Below are positions 54,901 to 63,851 of a stretch of 64,000 nucleotides of DNA, one piece after another; the first letter of the stretch is position 1; the number at the start of each line of letters is the position of its first letter. The notes below the pieces were generated by a model. The model saw only the letters and a list, made by a program, of their open reading frames with translations, had not been told where the DNA came from and ran no database searches. The position numbers were made by a program, and so were the translations under genes. Source of the stretch: Candidatus Aminicenantes bacterium (GTDB taxonomy: Bacteria; Acidobacteriota; Aminicenantia; Aminicenantales; UBA4085); assembly GCA_963715635.1 (NCBI GenBank), contig OY970261.1:1086438-1150437 (forward strand), read 5' to 3'.

Positions 54901-56600
54901 ATTCGGATGACCGGCAGATGGTGGGCGAGCGTTATTTGAGACGCCTCAATGGCGATGTGTCTCTGCCCAGATATGCGTTCAGGTTGGTTAACAAAGACGG
55001 GAGTATCAAGTGGGTGGAGATCGATGCGGTCTTGGTTACTTGGGAAGACAAACCCGCGACATTGAATTTTCTCAGTGACATCACCGAGCGAAAGCGAGTG
55101 GAGGAAGAGCTGAGCAAGCACCGGGAGCACCTCGAGGAGCTTGTCCAGGAACGGACCAAAGAGCTCGAAGAGGCGAAGCAGGACGCCGATGCGGCCAATC
55201 GGGCCAAGAGCGTCTTTCTGGCTAATATGTCGCATGAGATTCGGACGCCGATGAACGCTATCCTTGGATTTTCCCAGTTGATGCGGCAAGATGATACGCT
55301 GAATCCCCGGCAACGGAAGCATCTAGACACCATCAACCGGAGCGGTGAGCACTTGATGGCGCTCATTAACGATGTTCTGGAAATGTCGAAAATAGAAGCC
55401 GGCCGGACGACTCTCAACTCCACGACATTCGACCTCCGGGCGCTGCTCGAGGATCTGGAGATGATGTTTCGCGTACGCACGGACGCGAAAAAGCTGAATT
55501 TTGCCGTGGAGGGCCTGGGTCACATACCTGATTATGTCGTGGGGGATCAAGGCAAACTCCTCCAGGTCTTCATCAACCTGCTCGGGAACGCCGTAAAGTT
55601 CACCGAGAAGGGCGGCATCCTTCTGAGGGTGCGTGTGAATCAGGAGAGCTCGAATAGACTTCGTTTGCAGGCGGAAGTGGAAGACACGGGACCGGGCATT
55701 CCGGAAACGGAACTGAATAACCTGTTTAAACCTTTCCAGCAAACGCAGAATAGCCGCCGGGCCGGATCGGGCACGGGTTTGGGCCTGGCGATCAGCAAGG
55801 CATTTGTCCGCCTGATGGGAGGGGACATCACGGTCGGCAGCAAGGACGGGACCGGATGCTTAATCAAGTTCGATGTTCAGCTGGGAGAGAGCGAGGCTGG
55901 CTCAGACAAGAAAAAGCCGGAATCGGCTCGGGTGAGAGGCCTCCGGCCGGGACAGCCGACGTATCGAATCCTGATTGCCGATGACGAGGACACGAACCTG
56001 ATGCTCATTTCCCAGATGCTCGGCAATATCGGATTCGAAACGAGACAGGCGACTAACGGCGAAGAAGCTGTCGAGACATTCAAGGCATGGCAGCCGCACC
56101 TGATTTTCATGGACATGCGCATGCCCGTGATGGACGGCTACGAAGCCATCCGTCGCATCAGGGCCGGCGCCGGCGGCCGGGACGTCAAGATCGTGATTGT
56201 ATCGGCCAGCGCGTTTGAGCAGAACCGCCAGGAAGCCCTCCGGGCCGGCGCCGACGATTTTATGGCCAAGCCTTTTCGGGAAGCGGTGCTTTTCGAGATG
56301 ATCGGAAAGTTCCTGGGGGTTGAGTACGTTTTTTCCGATGAGGCTGGGCCCGCAAAACTCCTGCCCGGCGCCGCGGTGATGAGCGCGATGACGGCAGAAA
56401 TTTTGTCGGTTCTGCCGGAGGAGTCCGTCAATAAGATGCGGGACGCCGTCATCAACGCGGACTTTGACCTGATGATGGAGTTGGTCGGCGGCGTCGAGGA
56501 CCACAACATCCTTGTCGCCCAGGAACTGCGAAGCCTTATCGAACGTTTTGAATACACGGAATTCCTTGAGCTTTTACGGACAGGAAGAAACGCCCGATGA
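51948..56600 (+). CDS. multi-sensor hybrid histidine kinase: N-terminal REC, about 6 PAS domains, GAF domain, HisKA, HATPase, C-terminal REC (1550 aa)
   Basis: REC (ILLDLGLPD). Repeated (E/K)SE(E/Q)K(Y/F)R PAS starts. GAF (GLIGKAGLLKQTII...VLDLQS). H-box MSHEIRTPMNAILGF. G2 box GTGLGLAISKAF. C-terminal REC (IFMDMRMPVMDG). Confidence 0.9.
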   Translation: MTDKKIKVLMIEDSPGDIRLIREMFKEVGISLFELETASCLKEGLEKIKETLYDVILLDLGLPDSRGLETFIKVNVQKQEVPIIVLTGLADETLALDAIKRGAQDYLVKEQLNTGRLATSISYAIERKKTERRLIKSEQWFRMLIETSPEVVTAMDLEGRITYVSPRALELHGFKSPEELIGKNILELLSPEDHERAKKNLQITLKDGILKNEQYALVKKDGTRFVGELSSALVCDIGGELKGFVAITRDITERRLAEEALKKRNAQLELIYHIQSEIPANTDIETVLVRAAESIGKSFGYYKISVNLYHPETEEIEYLTGWNKSGLLIPRGHRQKLGQGLIGKAGLLKQTIIANDVSKELDYIPYHLTETKAELIIPLVVQDQLIGVLDLQSTQINAFSEDDVSVLQAIASYIAHIIDKKREGDALRESEQKFKNLAEQAPNMIFINEKGRVVFANKKCEEIMGYQREEIYSPDFDFLVLIAPEDKAKIKANFAKHLRGEENPPLEYAILTKEGKRIDAILATTLIDYGGGKAILGTITDITERKCAEKALQESEEKYRNLFEEARDAIAVASAETGIIIDCNRAATLLWGREKSELVGQHQRILHPSEEIKGGISRTFQQHLGEKEGQVLEAQIVTKNGEIRGVEIMASVFELGGRRLIQGIFHNVTERRRAEEELKKSEERFRLVFESAPDAYYLNDLKGHFIDGNKAAEKLTGYKREELVGMSFLKLNLLSAEFIPKAAYLLVKNLRGKPTGPDEFILKRKDGSKVAVEISTHPVKVGGKAVVLGIARDITERKKAEQALKENEEKYRTLTENVNIGVYRNTVGPKGRFIEANSAEVKMFGYKKKKEFLALNVSDLYENEADREKFSEKIVRQGFVRNEETHLKKKDGSSIICSVSAVAVKDGQGNVQYFDGTIEDITERKRAEEALHESEEKYRTLVENAAEAILIAQDGMLKFVNRMASEITGYSEQELRSSPFLEFIHSDDRQMVGERYLRRLNGDVSLPRYAFRLVNKDGSIKWVEIDAVLVTWEDKPATLNFLSDITERKRVEEELSKHREHLEELVQERTKELEEAKQDADAANRAKSVFLANMSHEIRTPMNAILGFSQLMRQDDTLNPRQRKHLDTINRSGEHLMALINDVLEMSKIEAGRTTLNSTTFDLRALLEDLEMMFRVRTDAKKLNFAVEGLGHIPDYVVGDQGKLLQVFINLLGNAVKFTEKGGILLRVRVNQESSNRLRLQAEVEDTGPGIPETELNNLFKPFQQTQNSRRAGSGTGLGLAISKAFVRLMGGDITVGSKDGTGCLIKFDVQLGESEAGSDKKKPESARVRGLRPGQPTYRILIADDEDTNLMLISQMLGNIGFETRQATNGEEAVETFKAWQPHLIFMDMRMPVMDGYEAIRRIRAGAGGRDVKIVIVSASAFEQNRQEALRAGADDFMAKPFREAVLFEMIGKFLGVEYVFSDEAGPAKLLPGAAVMSAMTAEILSVLPEESVNKMRDAVINADFDLMMELVGGVEDHNILVAQELRSLIERFEYTEFLELLRTGRNAR

Positions 56601-57694
56601 AATCATCGATCGCTCATCCACCTGAGCCGAATGTCCTTATCGTGGATGATACCCCGGCCAACCTCCAGCTGTTGGCGAATATGCTCAAGGACCGAGGATA
56701 TAAAACCAGGCCGGTTCCCAGCGGGATGCTGGCCCTTCAAGCCGCCCGGAGCGACCCGCCGGACCTGATCCTGCTCGACATCAACATGCCGGGGATGAAC
56801 GGCTACGAAGTCTGTGAGCGCCTGAAAGTAGACGAACAGCTGAAGGAAATCCCGGTCATCTTCATCAGCGCTCTTAACGAACTCCTGGATAAAGTCAGGG
56901 CGTTCTCCGTCGGCGGAGTTGACTACATCTCCAAGCCCTTTCAGATTGATGAAGTCCAGGCTCGAGTGGAAACGCACCTGAAGCTCCGAAGCCTTCAAAA
57001 AGAGCTCGAGATGCACAATCGTGAATTGGAGAAGCTTGTTCAAGCCCAGGTGAAGCGAATTTCAGACACGCAGATGGCCATGATATTCGCCCTGGCCAAG
57101 TTGGCAGAATCTCGCGATGATGATACCGGTATGCATCTGGAACGGGTCCAAGTTTTTTGCAAGCAGTTGGCCGCCAGACTGAAACAGCGCTCCCGCTGGG
57201 GCGGACAGATCGATGAGGTTTTTGTCGAGAACATTTATCATGCGAGTCCTCTGCACGACATCGGCAAAGTCGCCATTCCTGATCATATTCTCCTGAAACC
57301 TGGGAAGCTGACGCCAGAAGAATTTGAGGTTATGAAGACCCACGCCCGGCTCGGGGCTGATACTCTGGAGTCCGTCCGGCAAAAATACCCGGGAAATGCA
57401 CTGCTCGACATGGGGATCACCATCGCCGGGTTCCATCATGAGAAGTGGGACGGTAGCGGCTATCCCCAGGGTTTAGCGGGCGAAACCATCCCGCTTTCCG
57501 CGCGCATCATGGCGGTGGCGGACGTCTATGAAACCTTGAGGGCGAAGCGCTGTTATAAACCCGCCTTTTCTCATGAAAAAAGCACGGAGATCGTTCTTGC
57601 CGCGAGCGGGACGCACTTCGACCCGGAGATCGTCAAGGCCTTTGCTGAACTCAAAGATGAGTTCAGAAAAATACGGGAAGGGATGAAAGAATAA
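56597..57694 (+). CDS. response regulator with HD-GYP phosphodiesterase output domain (c-di-GMP hydrolysis family), 365 aa
   Basis: REC (LILLDINMPGMNG). HD (LHDIGKVAIPD). GYP (HHEKWDGSGYPQGL). Start overlaps the hybrid-HK stop by 4 nt. Confidence 0.9.
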   Translation: MKSSIAHPPEPNVLIVDDTPANLQLLANMLKDRGYKTRPVPSGMLALQAARSDPPDLILLDINMPGMNGYEVCERLKVDEQLKEIPVIFISALNELLDKVRAFSVGGVDYISKPFQIDEVQARVETHLKLRSLQKELEMHNRELEKLVQAQVKRISDTQMAMIFALAKLAESRDDDTGMHLERVQVFCKQLAARLKQRSRWGGQIDEVFVENIYHASPLHDIGKVAIPDHILLKPGKLTPEEFEVMKTHARLGADTLESVRQKYPGNALLDMGITIAGFHHEKWDGSGYPQGLAGETIPLSARIMAVADVYETLRAKRCYKPAFSHEKSTEIVLAASGTHFDPEIVKAFAELKDEFRKIREGMKE

Positions 57695-57900
57695 AGCCCT
57701 TTGTCATCTCACCCTCCGAGAGGGCATCGTCTTTCCCCAAAAATTTGTAGCGCTTCGCAATCGATTCCCCTGCCTGCGCGACACAGCCTTGTCCGGCCTA
57801 GAGGGTTTTGCAAAGAACACCAAAATGTGTTAATAGTGTTTGGAGATTTCAGCTTGCATATGAGAAACTCCTCCATTTATCCAAGCCAGGGGAGGCACCG

Positions 57901-59107
57901 ATGAAATCGTCGCAAAAAATTGCCGTCAGTCTTTTCGCGATCCTCTTTGTCAGTCTTAGCTGCGGACGCAAGACGCTGCCTCGATCGGGCGCCGAGGATG
58001 TCGGCATGTCGCAGGAGCGCCTTAACCAGGCCTCGGTCATCATCAAAGAGGCCATCGCCCGCAAGGATTTTCCCGGCGCGGTTCTCCTCGTGTCCCGTAA
58101 AGGCCAAGTTGTCCTGCGCGAAGCCTATGGCGAGAGCCAATGGGTTCCACAGCACAAGCCGATGACCGCGGATATGATTTTCGACATGGCTTCGCTCACC
58201 AAGCCCATCGCCACGGCCACGTCGATCATGATCCTGGCCGAACAGGGAAAGCTGAGCATTTATGAGAAAGTCAAGGACTATGTCCCGGAGTTTCTGCCCT
58301 ATGTCGATGACAAGGGCAAGCCCGGAGAGGATGCCCGCCTCTGGCATCTCCTCACGCATACTTCGGGGCTGCCGTCGTATACCCCAGCAGCCGAGGTCGA
58401 AAAGAAATTTGGGAGTCCCTGCCCAGTCGATACCCTGGTCATCCACATCGGTCAGCTCAAGAAAGAAACGCCGCCGGGAGAGAAATTTACTTACAGCTGC
58501 CTTGGCTATATCACTCTGGCCTACATTGTCAAAAAAGTCTCGGGGAAGACCATCGCGGAATTCGCCGAAGAAAATATCTTTAGGCCTCTCAAAATGCGGC
58601 ATACCTTCTACAATCCGGCGCCGAGGTACCTCAACCTCTGCGTCCCTACCCAAGTCTTTGACGGCAACCCGCTGGTCGGGGTTGTCCATGACCCCCTGGC
58701 CAGGCTGCAGGGCGGGATTTCGGGGAACGCCGGGCTTTTCTCCACGGCCGATGACTTGGCCATTTTTGCCCAAATGCTCTTGAACAAAGGCGAATTCGGC
58801 GGCGCGCGGATCCTCAGCCCCCTGACCGTGGAGCGAATGACTTCGGTCTATCCTAAAGCTACATTTGCCGGCCGCGGGCTAGGCTGGGACCTCGAGCTCG
58901 GCGTATGCCAGCTCGGCCGGAGATATATTCGGCCCGCGCTCCTACGGACATACGGGCTACACCGGGACGTCGATCTGGATCGACCCTGAAACGGAGACGG
59001 TCCTGGTCTTCCTCACCAACAGGGTCCATCCCGATGACAAGGGGGAAATCGTCATCAAACGCTGCCGGGTGGCCAATGTTGTCGCCGGGGCCATCATTGA
59101 AAAATAA
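57901..59107 (+). pseudogene. S12 beta-lactamase-family serine hydrolase with an apparent -1/+2 frameshift near 58895-58922 (or a sequencing error)
   Basis: SxxK (MASLTKP) in frame 1 up to GLGWDLELG. The canonical C-terminal blocks DIFGPRSYGHTGYTGTSIWIDPETETVLVFLTNRVHPDD...IIEK are readable only in frame 2 (58883..59107, stop TAA 59105-59107). The frame-1 ORF instead ends in unrelated sequence at 58989. Confidence 0.6.
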
Positions 59108-59119
59108 AGGGAGCCCGCC

Positions 59120-61150
59120 ATGAAATATTTTTTACTCGTCCTCGCCTGCGCCGTTTGTTTGTTTGCCGTCCGCTTTTCCGGAACATCCGGCGAAAAAGGA
59201 CCGAGAACAGAAGCGTTCGTGGTGAAGGTTCCTCCCTCGGCCGGCCAGAACCGCCATTACATCTCCAACCGGGAGCCGCTTGTCCCCAGCCCGCTGATCA
59301 AGCTCCCCATCGGAGCGATCGAGCCCAAAGGCTGGCTGCTCAGCCAGCTCCAGCTGATGCGAAATGGATTCACCGGCCGGTTGAAAGAGCTTAGCAAATT
59401 TTTGAGCTCGGGCAGCGGCTGGCAGACGTTGAAGGACAAAGGCTGGGAGGAAATGCCCTACTGGCTGAAGGGGTTTGGCGACCTCGGCTATCTCCTTAAA
59501 GATCCCGCGCTCATCGACGAGGCCAGGCGATGGCTGGACGAGGCGCTGAACAGCCAGCAGCCGGATGGATATTTCGGCCCGGCCGACAATAAGAAAAACC
59601 TCGACCTCTGGCCCAACATGCTCATGCTGTTTTGCCTGCAGAGCTTTTATGAAGCGACCGGAGACAAGCGTGTCCTCCCGTTTATGACGAAATATTTTCG
59701 CTATGAGCTCAACCTGCCCGCGGACGAGCTTCTCCCAGGAAGCTGGCAGAAGCTGCGCGGGGGCGATAATCTCGAGAGTGTCTATTGGCTATACAATCGG
59801 ACCGGTGAGAAATTCCTGCTCGACCTGGGCCGTCGCCTGTTCGAGCGGACCTCGGACTGGACGTCCCCCATCCTCACATCCGAAAGGGATAAAAAGCTCG
59901 AGGCCAGCTCGTTCTACCATGGCGTTAATATCACCATGGGTTTCCGCGAGCCCGGCGTCTATTACCAGCAGTCGAAAGACAAAAAATACCTGGAGGCCGT
60001 TGAGCGGAATTACCGCCAGATCATGGACGATTACGGCCAGCAGCCCGGCGGGATGTTCGGCGCCGACGAGAACATCAGGCCGAGTCACAGCGATCCTCGG
60101 CAGGGCGCAGAGACATGCTCGATGGTCGAGTTCATGTATTCGAATGAGTCTCTTTTGAAAATCACGGGCGACACGCGGTATGCCGAGCGGTGCGAAGAGA
60201 TCGCTTTTAACTCCCTCCCGGCTGCTCTGACCCCCAACCTTCGCGGACTTCATTACCTGACAGCCCCCAACCTGATTTCCTGTGACAGCTCTGGCGATCA
60301 TGATTTCCAAAACAACGGCACGCTCGTCTCTTACGATCCCTGGAGCTACCGCTGCTGCCAGCACAATTTCGCCTTCGGCTGGCCATATTTCGCCGAGCAT
60401 CTTTGGCTGGCCACCGAGGACAATGGGATCGCCGCCGTCCTCTATGCGCCTTCGCAGGTCACCTCCAAAGTGGCGGGCGGAACCGAAGTCCGGATCGTGG
60501 AGGATACCCGGTATCCTTTTGGAGATTGGATCGACCTGACCATCTCGACAAACACACCGGTCGAATTTCCGCTTTATTTGCGGATTCCCGAATGGTGCCC
60601 AAACGCAAAAATTGTCTTGAACGGTGAAGATCTGAAAGTCCAGGCCCAGCCTTCGGCTTATGTTGCCCTACGGCGCAAGTGGTCCAATGGAGATAAGATC
60701 CGGGTGGAGCTTCCTCAGAAAATTGAAGTGAAGACGTGGAAAAAGCTGGGGAACGCCGTTTCCGTCCGGAGAGGCCCGCTCTGGTATTCGCTGATGATCG
60801 GAGAAAAGTGGAACCGCTACGGGGGCACGGACGAATGGCCGGCCTACGAAATTCTGCCGACGACGCCATGGAATTACGGGCTGGCCTTAAATCCCGCGGA
60901 TCCCGCGGCATCCATCACACTTGTCAATCAAAAACCGCCGGCTGACCAGCCTTTTAGGCCGGAAGTGGCGCCCATCGTCCTCAAGGCTGAAGCCAGACGC
61001 ATACCGCAGTGGAAGGAAGAGAAACGCATGGTCGGGAAACTGCCGGTCAGCCCTGTCCAGACAAGCAGTCTCTTGGAAGACATCACCCTGATCCCGATGG
61101 GATGTGCCAGGCTGCGCATCTCTTCCTTCCCGGCGGTTTCGGGCAAATAA
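59120..61150 (+). CDS. GH127-like (DUF1680, beta-L-arabinofuranosidase family) (alpha/alpha)6-barrel glycoside hydrolase, secreted, 676 aa
   Basis: Signal peptide. PDGYFGP, ETCSMVEFMYS and YRCCQHNFAFGWP (Cys cluster) resemble the HypBA1-type GH127 blocks (DGYL, ETCAS, CACC). Confidence 0.5.
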   Translation: MKYFLLVLACAVCLFAVRFSGTSGEKGPRTEAFVVKVPPSAGQNRHYISNREPLVPSPLIKLPIGAIEPKGWLLSQLQLMRNGFTGRLKELSKFLSSGSGWQTLKDKGWEEMPYWLKGFGDLGYLLKDPALIDEARRWLDEALNSQQPDGYFGPADNKKNLDLWPNMLMLFCLQSFYEATGDKRVLPFMTKYFRYELNLPADELLPGSWQKLRGGDNLESVYWLYNRTGEKFLLDLGRRLFERTSDWTSPILTSERDKKLEASSFYHGVNITMGFREPGVYYQQSKDKKYLEAVERNYRQIMDDYGQQPGGMFGADENIRPSHSDPRQGAETCSMVEFMYSNESLLKITGDTRYAERCEEIAFNSLPAALTPNLRGLHYLTAPNLISCDSSGDHDFQNNGTLVSYDPWSYRCCQHNFAFGWPYFAEHLWLATEDNGIAAVLYAPSQVTSKVAGGTEVRIVEDTRYPFGDWIDLTISTNTPVEFPLYLRIPEWCPNAKIVLNGEDLKVQAQPSAYVALRRKWSNGDKIRVELPQKIEVKTWKKLGNAVSVRRGPLWYSLMIGEKWNRYGGTDEWPAYEILPTTPWNYGLALNPADPAASITLVNQKPPADQPFRPEVAPIVLKAEARRIPQWKEEKRMVGKLPVSPVQTSSLLEDITLIPMGCARLRISSFPAVSGK

Positions 61151-61252
61151 AGGATAGCGCAAACGATTGAGCAAGAAATTGCCCAATTCCCCGTTTTATA
61201 AAGAGGAAAGGGGAGATAACAAGCTTTTGAATTCGTCAAGGGAGGCGCAAAC

Positions 61253-63745
61253 ATGGGAAGAATTCGAACAGCCTTCTTAATCGGGCTTTTTGTTTTATGC
61301 TTAGCAGCGGCCAATTTTGGCCAGGAAAAAGACCCGCGTGATTTTACGGCCCATCTCGTCGGCCACGCCCATATCGATCTAAGCTGGCTCTGGCGATGGG
61401 AAGAGACCGTCCATGACGTCGCCTTCCAGACATTCAAAGGGACCCTGGCCCAAATGGACAAGATGCCCGGACTGACATTTGCCCAGAGCCAGGCCGCCAT
61501 TTATGAGGCCATCGAAAAAAACTACCCCGATTTATTCAAGGCTATTCAAGCCAAAGTCAAGGCAGGCACTTGGCTTCCGGTCGGAGGGATGTGGGTCGAG
61601 CCGGATTTGAACATGCCCGACGGCGAATCGCTGGCCAGGCAGCTTCTTTACGGAAAGAGATATTTTCTGGATAAGTTTGGCGTGGACGTCAAGGTCGGCT
61701 GGAACCCGGATTCCTTCGGCCACAACTGGCAGTTGCCGCAGATCATGGCCAAGGCCGGCCTCAAATATTACATCTTCGAGCGCTGCGCCCCGGACAAGAC
61801 GCTGCTTTTCCAGTGGCAGGGCATGGATGGGTCGAAAATTCTGGCCTATGTTCCTCCGGGCTGGTATCTGGTCGGGCTCAAGAATGGGACAAAAGACGTG
61901 ATTTTTGACGCAGCCAAGAACTCATCGCTCATGGATTACATGCTTCTCTACGGCGAGGGCGACCATGGCGGCGGGCCCCGGGACTCCGACCTTGAGGCCA
62001 TCAAAAAGTTTAAAAAAGACAAGGGTCAGCCTCGGACAAAATTCGTTGCGCCCGAGGATTATTTCAAGCTGCTCGAGAGTCAAAAATTGGAAATTCCGGT
62101 TTTTAACAATGAGTTGAATTTCACCTTCCCGGCCTGCTATACAACCCAGGCCCAAACGAAGAAGAATAACCGTAAATCGGAATCCCTCTTGCTGTCCGCG
62201 GAGAAATTTTCTGCCCTGGCTGTGGCCAGCGGCTACAGGGATTATTACCCGGAGAGGGACCTGGATGAGGCCTGGAAAATTGTGCTCAGGAATCAATTCC
62301 ATGATATCCTGGACGGGTCGAGCATCGGGCCTGTCTACGATGAGGTGAATGGATTTTATCAGGCGGTTTTTGACAGAGGACGGCGGGCTCTCAACTTTTC
62401 TCTGGAGTCAATCTCCAACAGCATCGATACTAGGGGAGAGGGCTTGCCGCTGGTTGTTTATAATCCATTGTTTTGGGAGCGGACAGAGCCCGTCGTCTCC
62501 GAATTTTATCTATTGAAAAAATTCGGCGGCTTCAAGGTCCTGGATGCGCAGGGCGCGGCCGTCCCGTTTCAGGTTATCACCAAGGAAGACAAAGAATCGC
62601 AGAATCTTTATAGAATCGTGTTTATTGCCGAAAACATTCCCTCGTTTGGGTATAAGCTCTACCGGATCGCGGGCATGGATAAAGCTCCGGAATTCAAGTC
62701 GAATTTGGGCGCGGACGTCAACTCGCTCGAGAATGAATACTTCAAGGTCCGCCTGAACCCGGCCACGGGCTGGCTGGAAAGCATTTTTGACAAGGCTAAC
62801 AACCGGGAGATTCTTGGGGGACAGGGCAATGTCCTGCAGGCGATCGTGGATGAACCTGAGAATATGTCCGCCTGGGAGCTTGGACTCAAAGATCAGTCCT
62901 GGAATATCGGCCAAGAAGGCGCAACGGTGGAGGTCGTCGAAGCGGGGCCGGTGCGCGCTGTCGTTCGCGTCAAAAGTCTATTTCGGAATTCTATGTTCGG
63001 CCAGGACATCATCCTCTACAATAGGATCCCGCGCATCGATTTCCGACTGAGTCTGAACTGGCAGGAGAGAAACCTGATGATCAAAGCGGCCTTCCCGCTC
63101 AATGTTAAAAATGGGAAGGCGGATTTTGAGATCCCCTTCGGCGCTGTTTCCAGGCCTGCCGATGGCCGCGAAGTGCCGGCCCTTCGCTGGGTTGACCTGA
63201 GCGATGAATCCGGCGGCTATGGGGTCAGCCTGCTCAACGATTGCAAATACGGGTTTGATGTGAAGAACAACACGATCAGGCTTTCGGTTATCCACGGCGC
63301 CACAAATCCAGATCCGGAAGCCGACCGGGGGCACCATGAACTCCTCTATTCTCTCTATCCTCATCGCGGCACGTGGAAAGACGCCCTGACCGTCCGGCGC
63401 GGCTATGAATTCAACACCCCGCTTATGCCGAGGGTGGCCATGGCCCACCCGGGGCCGCTTCCGGCAAGCCAGACGTTTGTCAGCGTCGGTCCCGACAATA
63501 TCATCCTTACCTCGCTCAAGAAAGAAATGGGCTATTATTATCGCGGCCTGATTCTGCGCTTGTACGAAGCGTTCGGGAAAAAGACGGAAGCAAAGATCGA
63601 GTTGCCTTGGCCCGTAGATGCCTGGGTGACGGACCTGATCGAACGGCCGGGCAAAAAAATCGAGGCCACAGAAAAGACCGTTGCGCTTTCCTTCGAACCC
63701 TATGAGATCAAGACGATCAGGATCGTCAGAAAGCCGGGTCCATGA
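61253..63745 (+). CDS. alpha-mannosidase, GH38, secreted, 830 aa
   Basis: HLVGHAHIDLSWLWRWEET is the N-terminal GH38 metal-binding block. GGAGG RBS. Size and domain order are typical. Confidence 0.85.
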   Translation: MGRIRTAFLIGLFVLCLAAANFGQEKDPRDFTAHLVGHAHIDLSWLWRWEETVHDVAFQTFKGTLAQMDKMPGLTFAQSQAAIYEAIEKNYPDLFKAIQAKVKAGTWLPVGGMWVEPDLNMPDGESLARQLLYGKRYFLDKFGVDVKVGWNPDSFGHNWQLPQIMAKAGLKYYIFERCAPDKTLLFQWQGMDGSKILAYVPPGWYLVGLKNGTKDVIFDAAKNSSLMDYMLLYGEGDHGGGPRDSDLEAIKKFKKDKGQPRTKFVAPEDYFKLLESQKLEIPVFNNELNFTFPACYTTQAQTKKNNRKSESLLLSAEKFSALAVASGYRDYYPERDLDEAWKIVLRNQFHDILDGSSIGPVYDEVNGFYQAVFDRGRRALNFSLESISNSIDTRGEGLPLVVYNPLFWERTEPVVSEFYLLKKFGGFKVLDAQGAAVPFQVITKEDKESQNLYRIVFIAENIPSFGYKLYRIAGMDKAPEFKSNLGADVNSLENEYFKVRLNPATGWLESIFDKANNREILGGQGNVLQAIVDEPENMSAWELGLKDQSWNIGQEGATVEVVEAGPVRAVVRVKSLFRNSMFGQDIILYNRIPRIDFRLSLNWQERNLMIKAAFPLNVKNGKADFEIPFGAVSRPADGREVPALRWVDLSDESGGYGVSLLNDCKYGFDVKNNTIRLSVIHGATNPDPEADRGHHELLYSLYPHRGTWKDALTVRRGYEFNTPLMPRVAMAHPGPLPASQTFVSVGPDNIILTSLKKEMGYYYRGLILRLYEAFGKKTEAKIELPWPVDAWVTDLIERPGKKIEATEKTVALSFEPYEIKTIRIVRKPGP

Positions 63746-63851
63746 TTCCATGGACAAGACGAGACGCCTAAACCGATAGATAAAAGGCTTGAAAGATTCT
63801 GAAATTTCATCATAATAGGGTACTCATTATTTTCCTTTTCTGGAGGTTTTC

